Shown here: in pieces, positions 20,742 through 31,296 of the stretch
How the letters are laid out: every line of letters begins with the position of its first letter
Position numbering within the stretch: the first letter of the stretch is position 1
NCBI GenBank assembly: GCA_965217775.1
Contig: CBDCJH010000002.1
Coordinates: forward strand, 352,001 to 416,000
Direction of reading: 5' to 3'
DNA: 64,000 nucleotides
From: Acidobacteriota bacterium
GTDB taxonomy: Bacteria > Acidobacteriota > UBA6911 > RPQK01 > JAJDTT01
The notes under the pieces: generated by a model
What the model saw: only the letters and a program-made list of their open reading frames with translations
The model's database searches: none
Told to the model about the DNA's origin: nothing
Position numbers and translations under genes: made by a program

Positions 20742-21566
20742 CTACCCGCTCGCACGCCGTCGCAGCCGTTCGACGACCAGCATGAAAATCAACGCGAAGG
20801 CAATCAGAAAGGTGGCGACGGCCAGGATCGCCGGACTGATCTCCTCGCGGATTCCCGACCACATCTGACGCGGAACGGTGCGCTGTTCCAGCCCTCCCAT
20901 GAACAGCACCGTCACCACTTCATCGAACGAGGTGGCGAAGGCGAAGAGCGCCCCTGAAACCACGCCGGGTGCGATGATCGGCAACTGCACCCGCGCGAAG
21001 GTCCGCACCGGCCCAGCCCCCAGGCTGGCGGCGGCCCGGGTCAGATTGGGATCGAAACCGGCAAGAGTCGCCGTAACGGTGATCACCACGAACGGAGTGC
21101 CCAGCGCGGCATGGGCCAGGATCAGTCCCAGGTGGGTCTGGGCCAGACCCATTTTGGAGTAGAAGAAGAACATGCCCGCCGCCGAGATGATAACCGGCGT
21201 GACCATGGGCGAAATCAACAGGCTCATGGCCAGGGGCCGTCCGGGCATGGCGGGGCTTGCCAGTCCCAGAGCGGCCAGCGTGCCCAGGGTCGTGGCCAAC
21301 GCCGTCGCCGCGATGCCGATGATGAAGCTGTTGACCAGCGCCCGCCGCCAGCCTTCGTCTTCGGCGACGGTCCGGTACCAGCGGAGCGAATACGCTTCCG
21401 GATCCAGGCTCAACATCCCCTCGGTGAAGGTGAAATAGGGCTCCACGTTGAAGCTGAGCGGGATGATCACCAGGATCGGCGCGATCAGAAACAGAAAGAC
21501 CGCGGTGCAGAAGGCCAGGTGGGAGACTCGGCCGGCGCGTTCCCATCCACTCCCGGACACGGTCAT
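20742..21566 (-). CDS. Polyamine-type ABC transporter permease (PotC-like)
   Basis: SLRWY, AAASLGA (EAA-like loop) and FATSFDEVV motifs. Confidence 0.88.
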   Translation of the reverse strand: MTVSGSGWERAGRVSHLAFCTAVFLFLIAPILVIIPLSFNVEPYFTFTEGMLSLDPEAYSLRWYRTVAEDEGWRRALVNSFIIGIAATALATTLGTLAALGLASPAMPGRPLAMSLLISPMVTPVIISAAGMFFFYSKMGLAQTHLGLILAHAALGTPFVVITVTATLAGFDPNLTRAAASLGAGPVRTFARVQLPIIAPGVVSGALFAFATSFDEVVTVLFMGGLEQRTVPRQMWSGIREEISPAILAVATFLIAFALIFMLVVERLRRRASG

Positions 21567-21567
21567 C

Positions 21568-22767
21568 TCACCCCAACCTCATGCGATCGATGCCGACGAC
21601 GCGGTCGTAGAGCAGATAGAGCGCGACCACGCACCCCAGAAGGATGCTACCCAGGGCCGCCGCCAGTCCCCAATTCAACGATTGCTGCATGTGATAGGCG
21701 ATCATGTTGGAGATGAGCTGGCCGCTCTGTCCCCCCACCAATGCGGGAGTGATGTAGTAGCCGATGGACAAAATGAACACCAGCAGCGATCCGGCCCCCA
21801 CGCCGGGCAGCGTCTGTGGCCAGTAGACTCGCCGGAACGCCTGGGGAAAACTCGCTCCCAGCGAGGCGGCGGCGCTCATGTACAGCGGCGGGATGGTGCG
21901 CATGACCGAGTAGATCGGGAGCACCATGAACGGCAGCAGGACGTGGGTCATGGCCACCACGGTGCCGGTCATGTTGTAGATCATGGAGATCCGGTTTTCG
22001 TCGGCGATCAGTCCCAGCGCCACCAACAGGTCGTTGACCACCCCCTCGGTCTGGAGCAGCACGATCCAGGAGGTGGTCCTCACCAGCAGCGACGTCCAGA
22101 AGGGAACCAGCACCAGCAACAAAAGGAGGTTGGTTCTCCGGGGCGGCGCGTGGGCGATGAGATACGCTAGCGGATAGCCCAGCAGGAGACACAGTATGGT
22201 GATGCCCAGGCTCACGGCCAGGGTGCGCCTCAGGAGCGGCAGATAGACGCGCCGCTGCGGGGGCTGGAGAACGATGCCGCCGCCGGCGTCACGCTGCAGA
22301 TCCAGGGCATGAAGATAGTGCCGCGTCGTGATCCGCTCGCCCGCACGGCGAATCGCGCGCCAAGTCTTCGCCTCACCCCATTCGGGCGAGAGGGAGATCA
22401 TGGCATCGCGCCAGGAGTCGACCTCCTTCAGGCGCCGCAGCCTGCGGGCGCTCTTCATGATGACGCTGCGGAGTCCCGCTTCCACCCGGTTCACGCGCGT
22501 CGCCACCCGTCCCAGACTCCGCTCCTGGCGGGCCTTCAGCATTTCGCGCGAGGCTACCTCGAAGACCGCCTCGGCAGGAGCGTCCTCCCCGTCCCACTCG
22601 CGCAACAGAGCCAGGGTTTCGGGCAGCGTATCGGCGACCATGGGATCGTAGACGCTGCGTGTCAGCATGGTCACCAGCGGCGCCACGAAGGTCGCCAGGA
22701 TGAAAGCTGACAACGGCAGCACCAGGGCCGCCGCCCGGAACTGGGGCTTCCTCAGCGCGCCAGCCAC
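21568..22767 (-). CDS. Polyamine-type ABC transporter permease (PotB-like) with a large extracytoplasmic insert
   Basis: LGYPLAY, PFWTSLLVRT, LLPFMVLP and AAASLGA motifs. Start taken at GTG 22767. Confidence 0.85.
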   Translation of the reverse strand: MAGALRKPQFRAAALVLPLSAFILATFVAPLVTMLTRSVYDPMVADTLPETLALLREWDGEDAPAEAVFEVASREMLKARQERSLGRVATRVNRVEAGLRSVIMKSARRLRRLKEVDSWRDAMISLSPEWGEAKTWRAIRRAGERITTRHYLHALDLQRDAGGGIVLQPPQRRVYLPLLRRTLAVSLGITILCLLLGYPLAYLIAHAPPRRTNLLLLLVLVPFWTSLLVRTTSWIVLLQTEGVVNDLLVALGLIADENRISMIYNMTGTVVAMTHVLLPFMVLPIYSVMRTIPPLYMSAAASLGASFPQAFRRVYWPQTLPGVGAGSLLVFILSIGYYITPALVGGQSGQLISNMIAYHMQQSLNWGLAAALGSILLGCVVALYLLYDRVVGIDRMRLG

Positions 22768-23867
22768 GCGCTGAAGCGCTCGTTCATCTCGTCGGAGTAA
22801 TCGCTCCACCATTCCCAATCACTGTGCAGGGCATGGGCCACGTTTGCGGGGGTCGTGGGCATGTGTGGCCCCATGTCCACCCCGGTCTCCAGGTGCGTAG
22901 AAATCAGCGCCGTACCGGAACGCCGCACCGGACTATAGGAAATGTAGCGGCTGAGGGCAGCCATGGACTCGGTCCTGGCCCCAAACGCGACGAACTTCCG
23001 CGCCGCCTCCAGGTTCCGTGTTCCCGCCACGATGCCCGTCTGACCCCAATCCAGCACCTGACCGTCCCAGACCACCACGAAGGGCTGTTTCTCCAGGACT
23101 TGGGCATTGAAGATGCGGCCGTTGTAGGCCGTGCTCATGGCCACCTCGCCGTCGGCCAGCATCTGGGGCGGTTGGGCGCCGGCTTCCCACCAGATGATGT
23201 GTTCCTTGATGGTGTCGAGCTTGCGAAAGGCCCGGTCCACCCCCTCCGGGGTGTCGAGTGTGGCGTACACCTGCTTCGTGGGCACGCCGTCCGCCAGCAA
23301 CGCGAACTCCAGGTTGACCACGGGCGTCCGGCGCATCCCGCGGCGGCCCGGGAACTTCTCCAGATCGAAGAAGTCGCCGATGGTGGCCGGTTTCGAGCCG
23401 GGGAATTTTTCCTCGTTGTAGGCATAGATTGTGGAGTAGTAGACCACCCCGACTCCGCACTCGGTGAGCGTTTCGGGGAAAAAATCCTGTTCGGCGGGAG
23501 TGCCGTCCGGTCCCGGTGGGAGGTCGGCGTCGTCGATGGGTTCCAGGAGTCCTTCGTCACAACCCAGCACCGCGTCCGCCATTTCCAGATCGACCACGTC
23601 CCAATGCACATTGCCCGTTTCCACCTGGGCCCGGATCTGTGCCAGTCCGCCGTTGTAGTCCTCCATGCGGACCTCGATGCCGGTCTCGGCGGTGAAGGGC
23701 TCGTGGATGGCCTTGGTGCAGGCCCGGGCATAGGAGCCGCCCCAGGAGACGGCGGTCACCGATTCCGCGCCGGTGGCGTTCAGGGCGCAAGCAAGGAGGG
23801 CGAGGGAGAAAATCGCAACGGGGCCAGCCGACGGTGTTAACCGGTTCTCGAGTCGATACTTGGTCAT
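22752..23867 (-). CDS. Polyamine-type ABC substrate-binding protein (PotD/PotF-like)
   Basis: Signal peptide; SWGGSY, WDVVD, FPGRRG and YNGR motifs. Confidence 0.87.
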   Translation of the reverse strand: MTKYRLENRLTPSAGPVAIFSLALLACALNATGAESVTAVSWGGSYARACTKAIHEPFTAETGIEVRMEDYNGGLAQIRAQVETGNVHWDVVDLEMADAVLGCDEGLLEPIDDADLPPGPDGTPAEQDFFPETLTECGVGVVYYSTIYAYNEEKFPGSKPATIGDFFDLEKFPGRRGMRRTPVVNLEFALLADGVPTKQVYATLDTPEGVDRAFRKLDTIKEHIIWWEAGAQPPQMLADGEVAMSTAYNGRIFNAQVLEKQPFVVVWDGQVLDWGQTGIVAGTRNLEAARKFVAFGARTESMAALSRYISYSPVRRSGTALISTHLETGVDMGPHMPTTPANVAHALHSDWEWWSDYSDEMNERFSAWLAR

Positions 23868-23876
23868 GGAATGTCC

Positions 23877-24977
23877 TCACTCCTGGCCCGGAGCTTCGAG
23901 CGACCGGCAATCGGTCAGCAACCAGCCGATGCGGACCTGGTCTCCTTCCAACACGGCGCCGTGCCCCACGATATTGGGGATCTTGGCGATGAAGTCCGAG
24001 TGGCCGCAGACCGTCAGTCGGAGTCGCAGGTGATCTCCCAGAAACATGATGTCATTGACTTGGGCGTCGAACTCGTTGGGGTAGAGACCCGGCTTGGGAG
24101 CCAGGGAGACTCGTTCCGGACGAATGGCAATGGCCACGGTGTCCCCGAGCCGGCTGGGCGCGATCCGGAACGCCCTGACGATCCCACTGCCGACGTCCAC
24201 CTGGCAGTAGTCGCCGTCGACGCCGACCACTCTTCCGTACAGAATATTGTTGTCTCCGATGAATCGGGCGACGAACTGGCGTTCCGGCTCTTCGTAGAGG
24301 ACTTCCGGAGGGGCGACCTGCTCGATGCGGCCCTCTTCAAAGACGGCGACGCGATCGGACATGGCCATCGCTTCTTGCTGATCATGGGTCACGTAGACGA
24401 CGGTCACGCCCAGGTTCCGCTGGATGCGCCGGACCTCGAACTGCATTTCCTCGCGCAGCCGTCGGTCCAGGGCGCCCAGAGGTTCGTCCATCAAGACCAA
24501 ACGCGGCTCGAACACCAGCGCCCGGGCGATGGCGACGCGTTGTTGCTGGCCTCCGGAAAGATTGCCCGGACGCCGGTCCTCCAAGCCGTCCAGGCGCACC
24601 AATTCAAGCGCCCGCCGGACGCGCTCCCGAATCTGCTCCGGATCGAGACCCCGCACTTCCAGGGGAAAGGCCAGGTTTCCTCCCACCGTCATGTGCGGGA
24701 AGAGGGCGTAATTCTGGAAAACCACGCCGATTCCGCGCTTCCGGGGCGGCAGATCGTGCACCGATCGTCCGTCGATGCGGATGGCCCCCGACGTGGGAGC
24801 TTCGAAGCCTGCGAGCATCATCAGGCACGTGGTCTTGCCGGAGCCGGACGGTCCCAGCAGGGTCAGGAACTCCCCCTCGGCGACGGTGAGGTTCAGGTCC
24901 CGGACCACCAGCGTCCTTCCGTCGTAGCTCTTGCTGACGTGCTCGAATTCGACGTGGACGTTCTTGCTTGAATTCAC
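23877..24977 (-). CDS. Polyamine-type ABC ATPase (PotA-like)
   Basis: GPSGSGKT, FQNYALFPHMTV, LSGGQQQR, DEP motifs and a TOBE-like C-terminus. Confidence 0.9.
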   Translation of the reverse strand: MNSSKNVHVEFEHVSKSYDGRTLVVRDLNLTVAEGEFLTLLGPSGSGKTTCLMMLAGFEAPTSGAIRIDGRSVHDLPPRKRGIGVVFQNYALFPHMTVGGNLAFPLEVRGLDPEQIRERVRRALELVRLDGLEDRRPGNLSGGQQQRVAIARALVFEPRLVLMDEPLGALDRRLREEMQFEVRRIQRNLGVTVVYVTHDQQEAMAMSDRVAVFEEGRIEQVAPPEVLYEEPERQFVARFIGDNNILYGRVVGVDGDYCQVDVGSGIVRAFRIAPSRLGDTVAIAIRPERVSLAPKPGLYPNEFDAQVNDIMFLGDHLRLRLTVCGHSDFIAKIPNIVGHGAVLEGDQVRIGWLLTDCRSLEAPGQE

Positions 24978-25151
24978 AGGACGGTCACCCCATGCCTGCA
25001 GGGACTCGACTCCGCTTCAAGGCGCGAAGTTTCCCGGCGGGCACCGGCGAGTTTACATGCAAAGGAGTCTGGGTGCTCGCCACAATGCCCTTGATATGGC
25101 TCTACGGGTCAAATAGACTGTAGGCCCATATCACACAACACGGAGCCCCAT

Positions 25152-25397
25152 ATGAAGACCACCATCGAGATTGCCGACGGCCTCGCGAGAGAGGCAAAGG
25201 CCCATGCGGCCAAGGAGAACGTCACGTTACGATCATTGATTGAACGTGGGCTGCGCATGGCGTTAAGCGCCGACAGCCAGCGTACCCCCTTCAAGTTGAG
25301 AGATGCCAGTGTTGGCGGCCGGGGCTTGCAGCCGTCCTATCGCGGCGCCGACTGGCCGCGTATTCGTGAATCCATCTATAAGGGCCGAGGCAGTTGA
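25152..25397 (+). CDS. VapB-like RHH antitoxin
   Basis: MKTTIEIADGLAREAK...TLRSLIERGLR; overlaps the downstream PIN gene. Confidence 0.8.
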   Translation: MKTTIEIADGLAREAKAHAAKENVTLRSLIERGLRMALSADSQRTPFKLRDASVGGRGLQPSYRGADWPRIRESIYKGRGS

Positions 25398-25828
25398 TAG
25401 CCGCCGACACCAATATTCTTGTCTACGCTCACCGCGCCGACTCCGAATGGCACGGTCCCGCGAAATTCTGCCTGGAGTCCCTTGCCCAAGGTCGGGTGAG
25501 TTGGGGATTGCCGTGGCCGTGTATTCACGAGTTTCTGGCCATTGTGACCCATCCGCGAATCTACGATCCACCGTCAACGATCTCCGAAGCATTTGGCCAG
25601 GTCAATGCGTGGCTGGAATCCCCGGTTGCACAACTGCTTACGGAAACCGAGACGCACTGGAATCTCCTCAAAAAACAGATCGAGAACGGAAGAGTGAGAG
25701 GAGCCATGGTGCACGATGCAAGGATCGCGGCGATTTGTATCGGCTCTGGTGTCACGGAGTTTTGGACGGTCGACCGGGACTTCAGCCGTTTTCCCAGCTT
25801 GGTTACTCGGAATCCGTTGCAGGTCTGA
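25394..25828 (+). CDS. vapC: VapC-family PIN toxin
   Basis: DTNILVYAH, HEFL, HDARIAA and TVDRDFSRF acidic PIN residues. Confidence 0.9.
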   Translation: MIAADTNILVYAHRADSEWHGPAKFCLESLAQGRVSWGLPWPCIHEFLAIVTHPRIYDPPSTISEAFGQVNAWLESPVAQLLTETETHWNLLKKQIENGRVRGAMVHDARIAAICIGSGVTEFWTVDRDFSRFPSLVTRNPLQV

Positions 25829-25902
25829 ATTCCATGGGGCTGGACATTCTACTCGTTTCTTTTGGGACTGAAGGGAACTGGGATGCGATCGTGTCTCGGG
25901 TC

Positions 25903-26517
25903 TTACGGCAAGGCGTGCTCAAGGGTTGCGAACAGCCGGTCGCAGCTTCGACAACGTTGTCGCACTGTATGAGGGGCGAGCCTCTTGAGTAGGTCGGACG
26001 CGTGATGAATCTTGTGATATGGGCCTTTCCGCGTTTTGCGAGTCGCATTGTGCAAAGCCGTCGCCACGCTGGCTTTGGGCTCCACTTCCAGATCGTTGCG
26101 CTGAGGTAACGCAGCATCACGAAAACCCTGCCCGTAAAAGTTCGCGAGCGCGTCAACGTCGGCGACGATCCAGGTCTCCATGGTCTGAATCATCAGATGA
26201 ACCATCTTTTCCTTCGTGGGTCGGAGATCCCAATGGGGATCGCGGAACTTGAGGTGTTGCAATACAGGTTGGGTTACGGGGCCTTCAGCATCTATGAGCA
26301 ATATCGCTACAGCATGTTCTCCGTCTTGGACAGCACGCCGAAACCGGTCGAACGTCGCGTCGCGACCGCCCCAACAGGCGAATTTCCACTGCCAGGAGGC
26401 TTCTCTTGCCCGCTGCTTCACGCTTATGAGGAATTGTTCCATTCCCTGGCGCAACGCGGCGCGACCGGAGGATTTTGAGGGGCCACCGCCCTCCATGTAG
26501 ATCCCTATGCTGCTCAT
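25903..26517 (-). CDS. DUF4276-like (TOPRIM-like) protein
   Basis: IYMEGGG, LLIDAE, METWIVAD and YHKIHH motifs; translationally coupled to the upstream ATPase. Confidence 0.75.
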   Translation of the reverse strand: MSSIGIYMEGGGPSKSSGRAALRQGMEQFLISVKQRAREASWQWKFACWGGRDATFDRFRRAVQDGEHAVAILLIDAEGPVTQPVLQHLKFRDPHWDLRPTKEKMVHLMIQTMETWIVADVDALANFYGQGFRDAALPQRNDLEVEPKASVATALHNATRKTRKGPYHKIHHASDLLKRLAPHTVRQRCRSCDRLFATLEHALP

Positions 26518-27659
26518 GGATTGGCGCCAATCTCTCCCATACGCCAGAGATCTCCTAATTGGTACTCGCGGAGCCAATTTTGGAGCCTTTCCGGGTCCAG
26601 CCGGCGGAGAGTTGTGTTCAGATTCGGCTTTTCACAAGCGACAATGGCGTCCGGTTGGTTCGTCAGCGCCGAAACGAGCGCGTCGGAATGCGTTGTCACT
26701 ATGACCTGCATTCGGCTGGACGCCTCTACTAGGAGATCCGCAACTATGGTCAGTGCGTCCGGGTGCAAGCCCAGTTCCGGCTCTTCGATGCAGACCAGAG
26801 ACGGAGGATTGGGAGTCAACAGGGTTGCCAGAATGGCGATGAACCGAAGAGTGCCATCGGACAGCCGGGCGGCGGAAATGGGTGTGGACAGGCCCGTCTC
26901 ATGCAGAAAGAACTGCACGGTATTCCCGGACACCAGCGTCGACATCCTGTCGAATCTGGGCAGAAAGCGCTTCAACAGGTGGTTGAAGACTTGCCCGTCC
27001 GCGTGCTCGATCTGCAAGAGGATGAGAGCCAAGTTGCTGGCATCGGGCAGAAGGTGATTGTCGGGAAGATCGGCGCGTTGCGGCTGGCGAAGGTGGGTAT
27101 AGCGCCCGAATGTCCACTCGCGGAAAGTCTGAATGGAGCCGAAGATCTGGCTTAACGGAGCAATCAGATATGGTTCCGGATGTTGCGAAAGTATGGACTG
27201 ACCCGACTGAAACGACATCTCTACGGGAAAGGTCCCGTATGGGGCATGACACGTGAGTGTGCCGTCTGGGGCTCGATGCAGGGAGACGACATCGTCCTCC
27301 CTCGTGGACGGGTCTGTTTCAACGGATTCCTCAACGATCCGGACACGATGACGCAGGACTGAGAAAATGATCCGATGTCGGATCGTTTTCTGCGTCGGAC
27401 CTTCGACGGTAGTGTCCAGAGTGGCTGCCGCCGCGCCGCCCTCGCCTTTCCAGAGCCACTCCTGAGCGCCGCCGCCGTCACGAATAGCCGCCGCAAAGTC
27501 CCTGGGTGTTGCGCGCAGGAGCTCCAGCGCTTCCACGACGTTGGATTTTCCCGCCCCGTTCGGACCGATCAGGACATTGAGGTCGCGCAGGTCGAACCTC
27601 TCCGACCCGGGGCCGAACGAGAGGAAATTGTCGAGGCGGATGCTCTGAATCGTCCTCAT
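26514..27659 (-). CDS. ABC-type ATPase (AAA_21/COG4637-like)
   Basis: NFLSF, GPNGAGKSN, LSDGT, IEEPELGLHP and TTHS motifs. Confidence 0.88.
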   Translation of the reverse strand: MRTIQSIRLDNFLSFGPGSERFDLRDLNVLIGPNGAGKSNVVEALELLRATPRDFAAAIRDGGGAQEWLWKGEGGAAAATLDTTVEGPTQKTIRHRIIFSVLRHRVRIVEESVETDPSTREDDVVSLHRAPDGTLTCHAPYGTFPVEMSFQSGQSILSQHPEPYLIAPLSQIFGSIQTFREWTFGRYTHLRQPQRADLPDNHLLPDASNLALILLQIEHADGQVFNHLLKRFLPRFDRMSTLVSGNTVQFFLHETGLSTPISAARLSDGTLRFIAILATLLTPNPPSLVCIEEPELGLHPDALTIVADLLVEASSRMQVIVTTHSDALVSALTNQPDAIVACEKPNLNTTLRRLDPERLQNWLREYQLGDLWRMGEIGANP

Positions 27660-27880
27660 TCAAAACTCCAGGATACAGCACGACTTGGCTTGTCTTTGCT
27701 ACTCGGCGTGCTGGTAATGCAAGTCATGACTGTCCGGGACTCGTACCTTTCCCAACTGGTCTTCCATATTGTTGGACACATTTTAACCTGAATCGACTTG
27801 CGGAGTTGAGTTGGGTGATCGTGCCACGCGGCGTTCATTGGCCCCGGATCGAGGTGCGTGCTAACCTGCCTGCGGTTCCC

Positions 27881-29026
27881 ATGAAATCGTTCGTCTTCGA
27901 GGCTTCCACCCGGCTGATCTTCGGTGAGGGTTCGGTCCGCAAGTTGGCTCCGGCCGCGCGGGAACTGGGATTTCAACGGACGCTGCTGGTCTCGGACCCG
28001 GGACTGGTGGAATCGGGTCACGTCGAGACGGTCACCGGGATCCTTGCCGAGTCCGGAGTCCAAGTGCTTGGATTCCATGACTTCGGACCCGATCCGGACT
28101 CACGAATGGTGGAAAGAGGCGCCAAGTACGCTCGGCCTTTGGAAGTCGACTCAATGGTGGGCCTCGGAGGGGGCAGTTCCATGGACTGCGCCAAGGGGAT
28201 CAACTTCCTGCTCAGAGGTGGGGGAAGGATCCAGGACTACCGGGGATACGGCCGAATTCAGGGCAGGATGTTGCCCATGATCGGGATTCCCACGACCACC
28301 GGGACCGGTAGCGAAGCCCAGTCGTACGCCATCATCGCGGACGCTCGAACTCACGTGAAAATGGCCTGCGGCGACGCTCAAGCCGCTTTTCGAGTCGCCA
28401 TACTCGACCCCTGCCTGACCCTTTCCCAACCGGCCGCCGTCACCAGCGCCACGGGATTCGACGCCCTCTCCCACGCGGTGGAGTCGTATTGCAGCAAGCG
28501 GAGCACTCCTCTTTCCCAGTCCTTCTCCCGCGAAGCCTGGTGGCTGTTGGAACGGAACTACGAGCGGGTGCTGCGCGACCCCACGGACCTGGCAGCCCGG
28601 GGTGCGATGCAGTTGGGTGCCTTCTATGCCGGGCTGGCCATCGAGAACTCCTCGGTGGGTGCGGCCCATGCCTGCGCCAATCCCCTGTCGGCCCGGTATC
28701 GGACGCCCCACGGAGTCGCCATCGGCCTGCTGCTGTCGCCGGTCATCCGCTGGACGGGCAGGGCAGCTGAGTCCGCTTATGGGGATCTGATCCACCTTTC
28801 CGGCGGCAACTCCTGGAAGGGCAGTAGTGCTTCCGAGTCTCTGGCCCAAAGGTTGGACGAATTGGCCGCGTTGGCCCAGCTCCCCCGGGAACTGCGGAGC
28901 GAGGGCGTTGCGGAGGGGGATCTGGAAGGTTTGGCGTCGGACGCCTCCCGTCACTGGACCGTGGAGTTCAATCCGCGGCTACTCACCTCCCTGGACGCCA
29001 TGGAGATCTACAGGGAGGCTTGGTAA
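27881..29026 (+). CDS. Iron-containing alcohol dehydrogenase
   Basis: GGGSSMDCAK, PTTTGTGSE, DALSHAVES, AAHA and HG metal-binding motifs. Confidence 0.9.
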   Translation: MKSFVFEASTRLIFGEGSVRKLAPAARELGFQRTLLVSDPGLVESGHVETVTGILAESGVQVLGFHDFGPDPDSRMVERGAKYARPLEVDSMVGLGGGSSMDCAKGINFLLRGGGRIQDYRGYGRIQGRMLPMIGIPTTTGTGSEAQSYAIIADARTHVKMACGDAQAAFRVAILDPCLTLSQPAAVTSATGFDALSHAVESYCSKRSTPLSQSFSREAWWLLERNYERVLRDPTDLAARGAMQLGAFYAGLAIENSSVGAAHACANPLSARYRTPHGVAIGLLLSPVIRWTGRAAESAYGDLIHLSGGNSWKGSSASESLAQRLDELAALAQLPRELRSEGVAEGDLEGLASDASRHWTVEFNPRLLTSLDAMEIYREAW

Positions 29027-29069
29027 TGGCCGTCGCAACTATCCCTGACGGGGGACGGAGCGTGCCTTC

Positions 29070-31286
29070 ATGAGACCGGTTCTGACGCTGCTTCTGGTTC
29101 TGCTGGGAGGCGCTACGCAGGTCTGCTCGGCCGGCGTCGAGGAAGCCTCCAAAGGCCGATCCAACCGGCTGATCCAGGAGAAGAGCCCCTACCTTCTGCA
29201 ACACGCCTACAACCCGGTGGACTGGTACCCGTGGGGCGAGGAGGCCTTCCGGTTGGCCCGGGAAGAGAACCGTCCCATCTTTCTCTCCGTCGGCTACTCG
29301 ACCTGCTACTGGTGCCACGTGATGGAGCGGGAGGTGTTCGAGGATCCCGGCATCGCGGACCTCATGAACCGGTACTTCGTCAACATCAAGGTGGATCGGG
29401 AAGAACGTCCCGACGTGGATCGAATCTACATGTCGGCGTTGCTGGCTCTCGCCGGGAGTGGGGGCTGGCCCATGTCCATGTTCCTGACGCCCGAGCTGGA
29501 ACCCTTTTTCGGGCGGACCTACGTTCCGCCGGAGACCTTTCAGGCACTCATCGACCGGATTCACGAAGTCTGGGTCAAGCATCCGGACGACATCGCCAAG
29601 TCGGGCCGGCAACTCACCGAGTTCCTCCGGGAGCAGGCTCGGGTGGAGGCCGGCGATGCGCCCGTGGAGGTGTCGATTCTCAAGCAGGGGTACGAATCCA
29701 TTCGAGCCGGCTACGACGAAACCTACGGCGGCTTCGGACGCGGGAACAAGTTTCCCCGGCCCGTGGTGTTCAACTTTCTGCTCCGGTATCACCGGAGGGA
29801 GGCCGAGAGCCGGTCTCTGGAAATGACCTTGACCACGTTGAAACGGATGGCGACCAGTGGGATTTTCGACCACCTGGAGGGTGGCTTTCACCGCTACTCG
29901 GTGGACCGCCAGTGGCGGGTCCCCCACTTCGAGAAGATGCTCTACGATCAGGCCCAACTGGTGAACTCCTACCTGGAGGCCTACCAGTTGACCCGAAATC
30001 CGCTCTTCGCCTCCATAGCCCGGAGGACTCTGGATTACGTGAGTCGGCGGCTCACCCACCCGCCCGGGGGGTTCTATTCCGCCGAGGACGCCGAGAGCGC
30101 TCCCGATCCGTCCCAGCCCAAGCGGAAACGGGAGGGCGCCTTCTACGTCTGGACCAAGGCGGAACTGGACCGGATCCTGGGTCCGGAGAAGGGAGCCGTA
30201 TTCGCCCACAGCTTCGGAGTCGAGCCGGACGGGAACGCTCCGAGCGACCCGCACCAGGTATTCGTGAACCAGAACATTCTCTACCGGGCACATTCCCTGG
30301 AGGAGACGGCGCGCAAGTTCAAGCAGTCTCCGGACCAGGTGGATTCGGTACTCCGAGAGTCTCAGCGCCGGCTGCTCCGGACCCGGGACCGGCGGGTGAG
30401 GCCCCATCTGGACGACAAGATCCTGGTCTCGTGGAACGGCCTCATGATTTCCGCCTTCGCCCGGGCCCACCAGGTCCTGGGGGAGTCCGAATATTTGGGG
30501 CAGGCCCGTCGGGCGGCGGACTTCCTCCTGAAACATCTCTACCAGCAGGAGACGGGACGGCTTCTGAGGCGTTACCGGGAGGGGGAAGCCCGGTTCGAGG
30601 GGCACCTGGAAGACTACGCGTTCCTGGTGACGGGTCTCATCGACCTCTACCAGGCCGGTTCCGACATCCGTGACCTGAAGCGGTCCATGGAGCTGATGGA
30701 GGCGGCCGTCGACCTTTTCTACGACCAGGAAACGGGGGCCTTCTTCGACACCTCGGGACGAGACGCGTCGCTGATCCTGCGGACCCGGGACGACTACGAC
30801 TCGGCCGAGCCCACGGGGAACTCGGTCGCCGTCTGGAACCTCCTGCGCCTGGCGGAGATGACCCACCATCCGGAGTGGAAGAGACTGGCCGAGGCGTCCC
30901 TGAAGCATTTCGGGAACCGGTTGCGGGAGCATCCCCAAGCCCTGCCCCACATGCTCGCTGCCCTCGATTTCCATTTGGGCACTCCGAAGCAGGTGGTCCT
31001 GGCGGGCGAACCGTCGGCCGGCGCGATGCGGACTCTGCTCGACGTGGTCCATTCCACCTACGTTCCCAACAAGGTTCTCCTCTTTGCCGACGGTGGAACC
31101 GGACAGGAGTACCTCGGGAGGAGCAACCCGGCCATCCGGGCCATGATTCCCGCCGGAGGGAAGGCGACCGCCTACGTCTGCGAGAATTACGTCTGTCAGC
31201 TGCCCACCTCGGACCCGGTGGTCCTGGCCCGTCAACTCGAGGGAGGACCGGCGGCGCCCGGCAAAATACCCTCTGCGACCCGGTGA
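29070..31286 (+). CDS. YyaL/DUF255 thioredoxin-domain protein with N-terminal signal
   Basis: [49 protein letters not shown] and DDKILVSWN motifs. Confidence 0.9.
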   Translation: MRPVLTLLLVLLGGATQVCSAGVEEASKGRSNRLIQEKSPYLLQHAYNPVDWYPWGEEAFRLAREENRPIFLSVGYSTCYWCHVMEREVFEDPGIADLMNRYFVNIKVDREERPDVDRIYMSALLALAGSGGWPMSMFLTPELEPFFGRTYVPPETFQALIDRIHEVWVKHPDDIAKSGRQLTEFLREQARVEAGDAPVEVSILKQGYESIRAGYDETYGGFGRGNKFPRPVVFNFLLRYHRREAESRSLEMTLTTLKRMATSGIFDHLEGGFHRYSVDRQWRVPHFEKMLYDQAQLVNSYLEAYQLTRNPLFASIARRTLDYVSRRLTHPPGGFYSAEDAESAPDPSQPKRKREGAFYVWTKAELDRILGPEKGAVFAHSFGVEPDGNAPSDPHQVFVNQNILYRAHSLEETARKFKQSPDQVDSVLRESQRRLLRTRDRRVRPHLDDKILVSWNGLMISAFARAHQVLGESEYLGQARRAADFLLKHLYQQETGRLLRRYREGEARFEGHLEDYAFLVTGLIDLYQAGSDIRDLKRSMELMEAAVDLFYDQETGAFFDTSGRDASLILRTRDDYDSAEPTGNSVAVWNLLRLAEMTHHPEWKRLAEASLKHFGNRLREHPQALPHMLAALDFHLGTPKQVVLAGEPSAGAMRTLLDVVHSTYVPNKVLLFADGGTGQEYLGRSNPAIRAMIPAGGKATAYVCENYVCQLPTSDPVVLARQLEGGPAAPGKIPSATR

Positions 31287-31296
31287 GAAACTCAGA

